Below are positions 17,569 to 26,127 of a stretch of 35,358 nt of DNA, in pieces. The stretch covers positions 1 through 35,358 of the forward strand of contig CAXEMW010000002.1 of assembly GCA_963997395.1 (NCBI GenBank). Reading direction: 5' to 3'. Numbering within the stretch: position 1 is the first letter of the stretch; every line of letters starts with the position of its first letter. Below the pieces are notes generated by a model. It made no database searches and was not told the DNA's origin. It worked only from the letters and a program-made list of their open reading frames with translations. The DNA comes from an uncultured Planctomycetaceae bacterium. GTDB taxonomy: Bacteria > Planctomycetota > Planctomycetia > Pirellulales > UBA1268. The position numbers were made by a program, and so were the translations under genes.

Positions 17569-18450
17569 ATGGGTGACCATCTAGCTATAAAACCTGTCGG
17601 AACACATGTTTCCAAGTGGGGTGAAGGTCCGCGTTTCTGGAACAACTCGCTACTGTACGTGGATATTGAAGGTCACTCTATCATTCGCCTTTGTCCCGAT
17701 TCACACAACGAGGATGTATGGGACGTTGGTGAACGAATCGGTGCAGTTACGCCAACACACGATGGAGGTTTGTTATGTGCTGGAGATTCAGGAATATACA
17801 GCTTCCGGCTACAGAGTGGAGAGAAGAAGGTTCTTGTTGACCCAGAATCTGACAAAAGACCAGACAACCGATTTAATGACGGCATGTGTGACCCTTCAGG
17901 GAGGTTTTGGGCTGGCACGATCAGTACCACAAAGCTGGTGGGCAATGCATCACTTTATATGTTTGATCGTGAGGGGCAGTTGCACAAAAAGATTCCTCGT
18001 GTGACCAACTCGAATGGAATCTGTTGGAGCGAGGATGCGTCTTTGATGTATTACATAGATACGCCAACGAAAAAGGTTATGGCATATCCGTTTGAGAATG
18101 AAACGGGAAATCTCGGCATTCCAAAAGTTGTTATCGATACTCAATCAGCAGACGTCGAGGGGTCGCCAGATGGCATGGCAATTGATATTGATGGAAATCT
18201 TTGGATTGCAATGTGTCACGGAGGCGCCGTGATTCAAGTTGAGACGCAAACGGGAAAGGTAGTGAAGAAGATTTCTTTCCCGTGTGTTGAAACAACCGCC
18301 TGTACGTTCGGCGGTGCTCATTATGACAGACTCTTTGTAACAACCGGACTTCACAAGACTCTGAGAGAGCCTGATGCAGGAAAAGTATTTGTTATTGATG
18401 GTCTTTCGACACATGGTTTTCCAGTGGTTCCTTATAAGGGAAGCATTTGA
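17569..18450 (+). CDS. SMP-30/gluconolactonase/LRE family protein
   Basis: WGEGPRFW, NRFNDGMCDPSGRFWAGT, NSNGICWSED, PDGMAIDIDGNLWIA and LFVTT are typical blocks of the six-bladed propeller lactonase family. The upstream 33 codons of the ORF (from 17470) have no counterpart in the family. Confidence 0.8.
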   Translation: MGDHLAIKPVGTHVSKWGEGPRFWNNSLLYVDIEGHSIIRLCPDSHNEDVWDVGERIGAVTPTHDGGLLCAGDSGIYSFRLQSGEKKVLVDPESDKRPDNRFNDGMCDPSGRFWAGTISTTKLVGNASLYMFDREGQLHKKIPRVTNSNGICWSEDASLMYYIDTPTKKVMAYPFENETGNLGIPKVVIDTQSADVEGSPDGMAIDIDGNLWIAMCHGGAVIQVETQTGKVVKKISFPCVETTACTFGGAHYDRLFVTTGLHKTLREPDAGKVFVIDGLSTHGFPVVPYKGSI

Positions 18451-18500
18451 TGGAAACGTATTTCAGGTAAACCTGAGGGAGACGTAGGAGTCGTATACCA

Positions 18501-20066
18501 ATGAGATACATACTGTTTGTGTACTCGCTGCTCTTATGTGCCCACGCATCAAGTAGCACCGCACACGAACTCACACTTGAAACGATTCCTGGACACGGGT
18601 GCTGGGTTGACCCTCGGGTGAATCAGAACCGTCTTGAAAACTTTCGAGTCACGGCATGGTTTGAACAGCAATTGCTCGGTGACGGCCTAGCGTATCAGCG
18701 GCGGATGGCGTCATTAAATGATACAGGGCGTCGGGCTCTTCGGATCGATGTCCGAAACGTTCTGAAAGAGGCCAATCAATTGGCTATCGAAAAGGCTGGT
18801 CCGGTCCTCAAGGCGCTCAAAGCATCCGATGTCATTCAAGACGTTACATATCATTGGATTGTGAATGGTTTTACCTGTACGACAGATAAGAATGGTGTCG
18901 AGGCAATCAAAGAAATTCCCGGTGTTCGATGTCTTTTCTTTGTCGGTCCTGTCCGCAAGAGAAACACTCCAATTATAAAAAATGTGCAACCAGAACACGA
19001 AGATGAACCGGTACCATTTCAGTCAGATGACGTGTCCCCTGCGTGGTATATCAAAGCACTCCGTGCTGATAAGGCTTGGAGTTTATATAACGCAACAGGG
19101 GCAGGCGTGCTGAATGTCATTCACGATGGCAACTTTGTGGTATCACCGACTATTCGTCCAACTCGCTATCGGAATCAACAGGAACAAGCCAATGGAATTG
19201 ATGACGACGGGAATGGTCTGATTGATGATCTGCATGGCTTTGACTTTGACCGTCAAACCGGTGATTTGCTTCGAAGAGGGTCAGATAACATAAACACAAT
19301 CGATAGAAAACTTCTTCATGGTCACCAGTGTGCTGCCATTATCTGTGGTCGCACAGCGGGAACGCCTGCTCGACAGTTTGGTATTGCACCGGATGCTCGG
19401 TGGGCGGGTGTGCTTGCAGGTCAGTGTTTCGAAGAAGCTCTCGAGTGGGCAATCGAACACGATGCCGACACGTATAGCATGAGCTTCTCCCGAGCAAATC
19501 TAGGTGAGTACCGATCACACTGGAGAAAAGCGTGTGAGCATGCTTCCCTCTGTGGTGTTCACCTTGTCTCAGGCGCTGGGAATTATGCAATGGAAGGATC
19601 GACTCAATTCAAGCCGGTTCCTATTCAGATGCCCATTCCACAAGACATTCCTTTTGCGGTGTTTGCTGCTGCAGGTGTGCAGCGTGATTTGTCCCGAACA
19701 CCATTTTCCAGTCAGGGGCCGGTAGAATGGAAAACGCATCACTATCAAGATGGCCAGGTGAAGAAGCCAGAGGTTGCAGCTTTTAATTACCGCTTGCCGT
19801 CGATTCAGCCGAATGGCCGCATTCTTGGTCAAGCAGCGAGTGGAAACTCATTTGCCGGACCCATGCTATGCGGAGCTATTGCACTTATGCTGTCGATTGA
19901 CCCGGACCTTCACCCATGGGAAACGCGACAGATTCTTATTGATACTGCACGTGATATTGCCGACGAGGGCTACGACTACCAAACGGGGCATGGCTTAATC
20001 GATGCAGAGAAAGCAGTCGCAATTGTAGTTGAGAGACTGAAGAGTCGGGCGGTCGACGTGGAATAA
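18501..20066 (+). CDS. Subtilisin-like serine protease (peptidase S8), exported, with an I9-like propeptide region
   Basis: AGGAG lies upstream of the ATG and a signal peptide is present. The Asp block is GAGVLNVIHDGNF. DDDGNGLIDDLHGFDF follows, then the His block HGHQCAAIICG and the Ser block SGNSFAGPMLCGAIALML. Confidence 0.85.
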   Translation: MRYILFVYSLLLCAHASSSTAHELTLETIPGHGCWVDPRVNQNRLENFRVTAWFEQQLLGDGLAYQRRMASLNDTGRRALRIDVRNVLKEANQLAIEKAGPVLKALKASDVIQDVTYHWIVNGFTCTTDKNGVEAIKEIPGVRCLFFVGPVRKRNTPIIKNVQPEHEDEPVPFQSDDVSPAWYIKALRADKAWSLYNATGAGVLNVIHDGNFVVSPTIRPTRYRNQQEQANGIDDDGNGLIDDLHGFDFDRQTGDLLRRGSDNINTIDRKLLHGHQCAAIICGRTAGTPARQFGIAPDARWAGVLAGQCFEEALEWAIEHDADTYSMSFSRANLGEYRSHWRKACEHASLCGVHLVSGAGNYAMEGSTQFKPVPIQMPIPQDIPFAVFAAAGVQRDLSRTPFSSQGPVEWKTHHYQDGQVKKPEVAAFNYRLPSIQPNGRILGQAASGNSFAGPMLCGAIALMLSIDPDLHPWETRQILIDTARDIADEGYDYQTGHGLIDAEKAVAIVVERLKSRAVDVE

Positions 20067-20126
20067 GAGGACATATACTGCTGTTTCTTTAGTATCTGTC
20101 ACAAATGGAAATGAGAGGAAATTCTA

Positions 20127-20888
20127 GTGCGTTTAGTCTGTTACATGATGACGGTATTGATCACCTGTTGTTCTGTAGGGACAAGACAGGTTGATGCGGA
20201 GCAGCCGTACATTGTTTTCCTGATAGCGGAGAAAGAGTATCAAACAGAAAAGACTCTGCCAGATTTTTGTGAGCAGTATGTTCATCACGGAAGGGCAAGC
20301 TTTGTCTACGCAGATCCACATGAACCCAACAAATTGATTGGTAGTGAGGCAGTTGATACGGCAGATCTCTTGTTTGTGAGTGTTCGTCGAAGGACATTGC
20401 CACCACAACAACTCAATAGAATTCGTCGGTATGTCCAATCTGGTAAGCCAGTCATTGGTATACGTACGGCGAGCCATGCCTTCTGTTTACGGAAGCAAGA
20501 GCCAGAAGATGGCTTTGCTGCATGGCCAGAATTCGACAAAACGGTGTTTGGTGGAAACTACACCAACCATTACAAGAACTCACTCATCGCGATGATCCAG
20601 AGAGTGAATCCATCCTCTACCTTGGCAGAATCTCTCTTGTCTGGAATAAAAGAACTTCCATGTGCTTCGGGTGGCTCGTTGTATTGTGTTTCACCGCTTG
20701 AAGAAAAGGCAGACGTTGTTTTGGAAGGTGTTGTTGAAGGGCATGCCCCCGAACCTGTCGCCTGGACTTTTCGTCGTGCTGATGGAGGCAAGTCGTTCTA
20801 TACATCGCTCGGACATATCGATGACTTTCGTGGGCCGATTCTTCCGCCTCTTTTATTGAATGCGATTGAGTGGTGTCTCCATGAATGA
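20127..20888 (+). CDS. ThuA-like (type 1 glutamine amidotransferase-like fold) domain protein, exported
   Basis: It has a GTG start with GAGGA upstream and a signal-like N-terminus. The C-terminal block GGKSFYTSLGHIDDFRGPILPPLLLNAIEWC resembles ThuA-family proteins. Confidence 0.65.
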   Translation: MRLVCYMMTVLITCCSVGTRQVDAEQPYIVFLIAEKEYQTEKTLPDFCEQYVHHGRASFVYADPHEPNKLIGSEAVDTADLLFVSVRRRTLPPQQLNRIRRYVQSGKPVIGIRTASHAFCLRKQEPEDGFAAWPEFDKTVFGGNYTNHYKNSLIAMIQRVNPSSTLAESLLSGIKELPCASGGSLYCVSPLEEKADVVLEGVVEGHAPEPVAWTFRRADGGKSFYTSLGHIDDFRGPILPPLLLNAIEWCLHE

Positions 20889-22125
20889 GTTGTATTTGTA
20901 TCAAGTGATAGTTTTTTGCTTCCTATTTTTCTCTCATTGCTGTTCACCAGTTTTTGGTGCGCCGCATGTCGAGTGGATAACGGGTTGGGGAACGGAACAC
21001 GAAGATCATGTTTTTGAGGGTGTCCATGTACAAGCAGGGGGTTTTTGTGTGGTCGGAAAATGTGGTGAGCCAGATTCGTCAACGGCAAATGGATTTGTGA
21101 TGAAAGTTGATGCCAATGGGGAACAAGAGTGGCTGACAGTACTGGGCAAGCAAAGCTTTCATGATGAAGCACGCTGTGTTGTTGAAGTGCACGACGGTTT
21201 TATCGTTGGTGGAACAATGGGTATCTCTAAAAGAAGATCAAAAGCGTGTCTTTGGAAGATAAGCCCATCCGGTGAAGTTACATGGAAGAAAGTTCTGGAT
21301 CATAAGAAAAATGGTGCGATTCGGGGACTCGATATTCTTGACTCAGAATCATTTGTTGCCACTGGATATGTCGCGAGTGATGAGATAGGTGTTCCGTTTA
21401 TTTCAGATGAGTCCACCGGCATCCTTCTTGTCTCGAATCAAAGCGGAGACATCGCCTGGCAAAAAGAAATTCCCTTTTCACAGGGTGCGAAGGTTTCGTA
21501 TCAGAAAAAAACGCATGTCATCACGATTTGTGGCACCACTTGGCAGGAATCTTTTGAACATGAACACCAAGATGCTTTCCTTGTTCAGTTTTCACACGAT
21601 GGAGAAAAACTCCATCAGCATCTGTATGGAGGCACTGATATGGAGCAGTGTTTTGACTTCGAGGCGTTACCTGATGGATTTGTTCTTGCTGGACACAAAG
21701 CAAGCCACGAAAGTGGGAATTGGGACGTATGGCTCATGAGAACCGACACTGAGGGAGACCTGCTCTGGGAGCAAACCTATGACCAGTTGTCGAATGGAAC
21801 AAGTAAAAACATTTTTGATGAGTGTTATGGAGTGAAGCAGACATCCGATGGTGGATTCGTGCTTGCCTGCGGGTCTGGGATCGAGCCAGATCACGTTTCC
21901 GACGAAGACTCACCTGACAATCTATGGGCTGCGTGTTTGCTTAAAACTAACGCCATCGGAGAGCCCCTCTGGACGTATGTGTTTCACCAACCGGAAAGCG
22001 GGCACAATGCCTGCGAATGGGTTATACCGCACGGTGATGGGCAGTACCTGATGCTTCTTGATAGTGATCACCTCGGTGAGGCAGAACCATCGAATGTTGG
22101 ATTGGTTTACGTGTCCGACAATTAA
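20881..22125 (+). CDS. Hypothetical exported repeat protein, probable beta-propeller
   Basis: ATG 20881 overlaps the upstream stop (ATGAATGA). The signal peptide is MNELYLYQVIVFCFLFFSHCCSPVFGA. It has six full units plus one partial unit of about 47-56 aa, with the pattern ..DGGF[VI][LV].G........(W/F)L.K.d..G...W. Confidence 0.6.
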   Translation: MNELYLYQVIVFCFLFFSHCCSPVFGAPHVEWITGWGTEHEDHVFEGVHVQAGGFCVVGKCGEPDSSTANGFVMKVDANGEQEWLTVLGKQSFHDEARCVVEVHDGFIVGGTMGISKRRSKACLWKISPSGEVTWKKVLDHKKNGAIRGLDILDSESFVATGYVASDEIGVPFISDESTGILLVSNQSGDIAWQKEIPFSQGAKVSYQKKTHVITICGTTWQESFEHEHQDAFLVQFSHDGEKLHQHLYGGTDMEQCFDFEALPDGFVLAGHKASHESGNWDVWLMRTDTEGDLLWEQTYDQLSNGTSKNIFDECYGVKQTSDGGFVLACGSGIEPDHVSDEDSPDNLWAACLLKTNAIGEPLWTYVFHQPESGHNACEWVIPHGDGQYLMLLDSDHLGEAEPSNVGLVYVSDN

Positions 22126-22282
22126 ATGATGGTTGTCACATGACACTTGTCTTGTGTAACCCTAGTATTAGGCCCGTGATGACATTTTGTGTCCTGGTGA
22201 GACAAGAGATCAAAATTGTGTCAACATAGTGAGCGTACATTGCCATATGTTCGTTGACTGCAGCAGAGGAAGAGAGAAATCC

Positions 22283-23512
22283 ATGCGTATGATGTTTCTA
22301 CCTAATAATGTTATGAGCCCCAGTACGAGGAGCATTTCAAGAAATCTTAGCGTCACGGTCACCGTTCTATTTTTGATTTCAGCTTCATGTAGTTTTTCAT
22401 TTGCTCAGCGGCCCGGTGGGCGTCGAGGTTCTCGCGGGCGTTCAGAGGCATCTCTTTCAGAGCCATATCGTGGCATTCGTTCAGGTGGCACAATTCAAGA
22501 GGACCTCTTTCGGATTGAGTCTACAGGTGTTTCCACGCAGCCAGTTGTTGATGCAGCAGTGACGTTTTTGAATGGGCTCAACGACGAACAACGAAATCGC
22601 ACCACATTTCCTGTCGATGATATTGAGTGGCGGAGTTGGGATAACAGGCACTTTTATAAGCGACGTGGTGTTGGCTTTGATGAAATGGATGAGCAGCAGA
22701 GGAAACACGCGTTCGCACTTCTGAGCGCGAGCCTAAGCGCCAAGGGCCTCGCATTGTCGAAAGACATTATGAAGCTCAATGGAACCCTCGCTGAACTTGC
22801 TGATAATTTTGATGAATATGGAGAGTGGCTCTATTGGATAACCATCATGGGAGATCCTTCATCAACAGAACCATGGGGGTGGCAGATCGACGGTCATCAT
22901 CTCATCATCAATTATTTTGTTTTGGGCGATCAGGTTGTCATGTCTCCAGTTTTTATTGGCAGTGAACCAGTCCATGCAGTTTCAGGAAAATTTAAAGGAA
23001 CTGTTGTTATGCAAGACGAACAGGATAAGGGCCTTGCTTTTATGCGATCACTCGATGAGCCCCAGCAAAAGAAAGCGGTTCTCAGTCCACTCAAAGAGCA
23101 GAACAATGCCGTCGCACAGGCGTATCGAGACAACATTGATCTTGAGTATGCAGGCTTGAACGCAGCGACATTATCAAATGATCAAAAGGATTTGCTTCTC
23201 GATGTTGTGCATGCATATGTCGGAACAATGGATGAGGGGCATGCTGCAATCAAAATGCGTGAAGTTGAAGACCATCTTGATAACACCTGGTTTGCATGGG
23301 TTGGTGGAACAGCAGACGACAGCGTCTTTTATTACAGAATCCATAGCCCAGTGCTTTTAATTGAGTTTGATCACCAGAGACGGGTCGCACCGTTTCGATC
23401 AGACAAACCGTCACGAGATCATATTCATGCGGTGCTGCGTACACCAAATGGTAATGATTACGGCAAAGATCTTTTGCGGCAGCATATCGAGCAGCATCAC
23501 ACGACAAACTAG
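22283..23512 (+). CDS. DUF3500 domain-containing protein, exported
   Basis: The start is ATG 22283 (GGAAGAGAG upstream) with a signal peptide. Blocks [48 protein letters not shown] and [15 protein letters not shown] are characteristic of DUF3500. Confidence 0.8.
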   Translation: MRMMFLPNNVMSPSTRSISRNLSVTVTVLFLISASCSFSFAQRPGGRRGSRGRSEASLSEPYRGIRSGGTIQEDLFRIESTGVSTQPVVDAAVTFLNGLNDEQRNRTTFPVDDIEWRSWDNRHFYKRRGVGFDEMDEQQRKHAFALLSASLSAKGLALSKDIMKLNGTLAELADNFDEYGEWLYWITIMGDPSSTEPWGWQIDGHHLIINYFVLGDQVVMSPVFIGSEPVHAVSGKFKGTVVMQDEQDKGLAFMRSLDEPQQKKAVLSPLKEQNNAVAQAYRDNIDLEYAGLNAATLSNDQKDLLLDVVHAYVGTMDEGHAAIKMREVEDHLDNTWFAWVGGTADDSVFYYRIHSPVLLIEFDHQRRVAPFRSDKPSRDHIHAVLRTPNGNDYGKDLLRQHIEQHHTTN

Positions 23513-23587
23513 CCCTTGCTCCGTCATTCGTGTTGGTCGTTTGTTTGAACAAACAACTGGTTGAATGAAGCAGCACACATGGTGGTT

Positions 23588-24727
23588 TCATTCACCCGTT
23601 CGTGGTGTCTGTGATTCTCGGTATTTATTGAGTTCTTGTACGGTGTCATGCAAACCAGGTCGGCTTAAGAGCCCATCTGCAAAGAATCCTTGCTTCACTC
23701 CTGATTTGCCAAATCCCTTTGGTGTGTCGACTGGGTTGCACCAGAACACACCAAGTATGTAGCTCGTGTTGAGGGCAGCTTTTATATATTCAGCGTAGGC
23801 TTTTCCGGCAGCCACAGAATCCTCGGCAAGTTTCCATGCAGAAATATTCTTGTCACCATCCTGAAATCGGATGGCAAAGTCACATAAGAGGATTGGCTTG
23901 CCAGTACATCGATGAATTTCATCAAGCTTCTGTTGCGGAAATGATTCCATGAAGTACGGCTGCACGGCTATGGCATCCACATATGGAAGCATTTCCTCGA
24001 CGATAGCAGGATTGAATGTTTGGAATGAAAAACGATCGCCAAAGATCAGATGATCGGGGTCGTACGTTCTGTTCGCTGTGCCAACGATACGAAAGTATTC
24101 GCGTGCGATGAAACGAAGAAAGGCTTCGTCCTGTGATGTGGTTCCACCATCTTTCCATGCCTTTATAAATTCTTGGTGCGCCTGTTTTCCAGGTGCATCT
24201 GGAGGGAGTGACTTCATAAAATCAACCCAGTTGTTGCCGGTCGAATTGTCGAGAGGCCAGGCGCCGAGGTCAGTCCAACAATAGCCAATAACGTTTTCAG
24301 GATTTTGAAGGCTCTTTTCGCAACTAGCCTTCACTTCAACCTCGAGTCGCTTGTGTTCTTCTGGATCAAAAATATCAATGAAATGAAAGCTTCCGGCATC
24401 TCGATAGGTCGAAATAGGAACAAGATGGTTCCAGCTTTCAACGTAGGGCATGTCACCCCGCAGCTGAGGAGGACAGCCGTATCCATAGGCATTGAAACCA
24501 AGCCGCTTACAGGCAGTGGAAAACTCTGTGAAATCAAACGCATTGCGGTTGTTGCTGGCATGTGTAATGCCATGAGCAAAGAATGGATTGCCATGAGAGT
24601 CCACCAGCCAATCTCGACCATCAATTGTGGCAAGACTGATGGGTTTTGATGGCGGCGACCCTGCTCGAATGGAATCTGCACAATTGCAAATCAAGATAAA
24701 GCTTACGAGTGAAAAGAGAAATTTCAT
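23588..24727 (-). CDS. Hypothetical exported protein, possibly TIM-barrel glycoside-hydrolase-like
   Basis: ATG 24727 gives signal peptide MKFLFSLVSFILICNCADS; the ORF-track start at 24745 is GTG. The function guess rests only on weak GH-A-like features (GNPFFAHGITH, IGYCWTDLGAWP, PILLCDFA). Confidence 0.55.
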   Translation of the reverse strand: MKFLFSLVSFILICNCADSIRAGSPPSKPISLATIDGRDWLVDSHGNPFFAHGITHASNNRNAFDFTEFSTACKRLGFNAYGYGCPPQLRGDMPYVESWNHLVPISTYRDAGSFHFIDIFDPEEHKRLEVEVKASCEKSLQNPENVIGYCWTDLGAWPLDNSTGNNWVDFMKSLPPDAPGKQAHQEFIKAWKDGGTTSQDEAFLRFIAREYFRIVGTANRTYDPDHLIFGDRFSFQTFNPAIVEEMLPYVDAIAVQPYFMESFPQQKLDEIHRCTGKPILLCDFAIRFQDGDKNISAWKLAEDSVAAGKAYAEYIKAALNTSYILGVFWCNPVDTPKGFGKSGVKQGFFADGLLSRPGLHDTVQELNKYRESQTPRTGE

Positions 24728-24864
24728 AATACAAATCAATGGCACCGAAGGGACTGACGTTGTTTTCTACAAACCGTGTTACTGTTTCATGCGTTCAAGT
24801 AACAACAAATTGGTATTTGTGTGAACAAGAAACCGTTCGAGCTTCTCGCACTACCCAAGATACA

Positions 24865-26127
24865 CTAAATATCGAGTGTCCCGGTACTTGATCCAAATTG
24901 ATCGGACTCAATGCCCATTGATTGAAGAAGGGATACAAACAGGTTGCACAGTGGGACATTGTCTTTTTTGTTGTGCTGAATAAACCTGCCGTGATTGTGC
25001 TTCCCACCGGCCAGAATGATCGGAAGGTTTCTGGGGTCGTGAGCATTTGCATTTCCGAGGTTGCTGCCAAAGAGAACTGAGGTCTGTTCGAGTAAACCCG
25101 ATCCATTTTCAGATGGCTGTTTCAAGCCATCAAGGAAATCACTCAAGCACGTAAGGATTTCCATTTCAATAATCTTGAGTTGTGCGATTCTCTCCGGGTC
25201 TTGTCCATGGTGAGAAAGAGGGTGATGGCCATCGGACACACCGTCAATATTTGGAGTGCCATGGTCACTCTGAATAACAACTGATATCACGCGTGATGAA
25301 TCTGTCTGGAGAATAAGTGGAATGAGGTTGAGGAGCGACCGAACACGACCAACTAGATCAGACGGGTCGGCAATATTTTCCGGAGGTGCAGTCTGAACAC
25401 TGGGTTTCGGTCGATCGAGCCATACTTCGGAATTATTTAATTCTGTTTCAGCAACCCGAATGGAGTCAAAATATTGTTCAAGTTGACGTTTATCGGCGCT
25501 ATGTGTTGTGCGTTCTACTGATTGTATCTGCTCAATTACACTATCGAGAATGCTATGGCCATCTGCGAGGCGTTGTCTCTGTTGTCTGATTTCTTTTTGA
25601 CTTCCACGTAAGAATAATTTTGCATACACCTGAGACGGCATATCATCAGCAGGAATCATCACACCGTTTCTTGTGAAAGACTGACTTTTCTTTCTGTTAC
25701 TACTCAGTGAGACAGATGGGTATCTTGTCACATTTCCAATTTTCTCGGCAGCAAACTGATCAATTGAAATCGTGTTTCGAAAACCTCCGAGGCCGGGGTT
25801 TCTTGCAGATGTCAGAAAGGTCATCTCGGTGTCGTGAGGATCTTTCCCTACCTGGTCTGGATGTGACAGACCGGCGAATAGCGTGAACTCTTTGCGATGG
25901 CGTTGAAGAATGTCTAGGTATTCGGTGCTTTCATAACCGGAGCCTGGTCTCTGAGGAAACAGAGACGGTGCATGGAGGCCAAGCGTGTTGCAGATACACA
26001 CCATTCGCTTGGGTGGCGTCATCTGACTGCCGCCGACTGCTATGCTCATGGATTCAAGAAGAGGCAAGGCAACTGTAATTCCAGAAGCTTTTAGTGCTGT
26101 GCGTCGTGAGAGCGGTGTGTGCATCAT
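24865..26127 (-). CDS. DUF1552 (HXXSHH) domain protein with a twin-arginine signal
   Basis: The N-terminus MMHTPLSRRTALKASGITVALPLLESM fits S-R-R-x-x-L-K. The internal GHHPLSHHG contains the H-x-x-S-H-H signature. The start overlaps the upstream stop as ATGA (26124-26127). Confidence 0.9.
   Translation of the reverse strand: MMHTPLSRRTALKASGITVALPLLESMSIAVGGSQMTPPKRMVCICNTLGLHAPSLFPQRPGSGYESTEYLDILQRHRKEFTLFAGLSHPDQVGKDPHDTEMTFLTSARNPGLGGFRNTISIDQFAAEKIGNVTRYPSVSLSSNRKKSQSFTRNGVMIPADDMPSQVYAKLFLRGSQKEIRQQRQRLADGHSILDSVIEQIQSVERTTHSADKRQLEQYFDSIRVAETELNNSEVWLDRPKPSVQTAPPENIADPSDLVGRVRSLLNLIPLILQTDSSRVISVVIQSDHGTPNIDGVSDGHHPLSHHGQDPERIAQLKIIEMEILTCLSDFLDGLKQPSENGSGLLEQTSVLFGSNLGNANAHDPRNLPIILAGGKHNHGRFIQHNKKDNVPLCNLFVSLLQSMGIESDQFGSSTGTLDI

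Noticed and set aside
23541-23557. Palindrome TTGTTTGAACAAACAA between the convergent DUF3500 and GH-like genes, a possible bidirectional terminator
   Set aside because: It is AT-rich, 6-7 bp, with essentially no loop and no flanking U-tract. Its stability is too low to assert.
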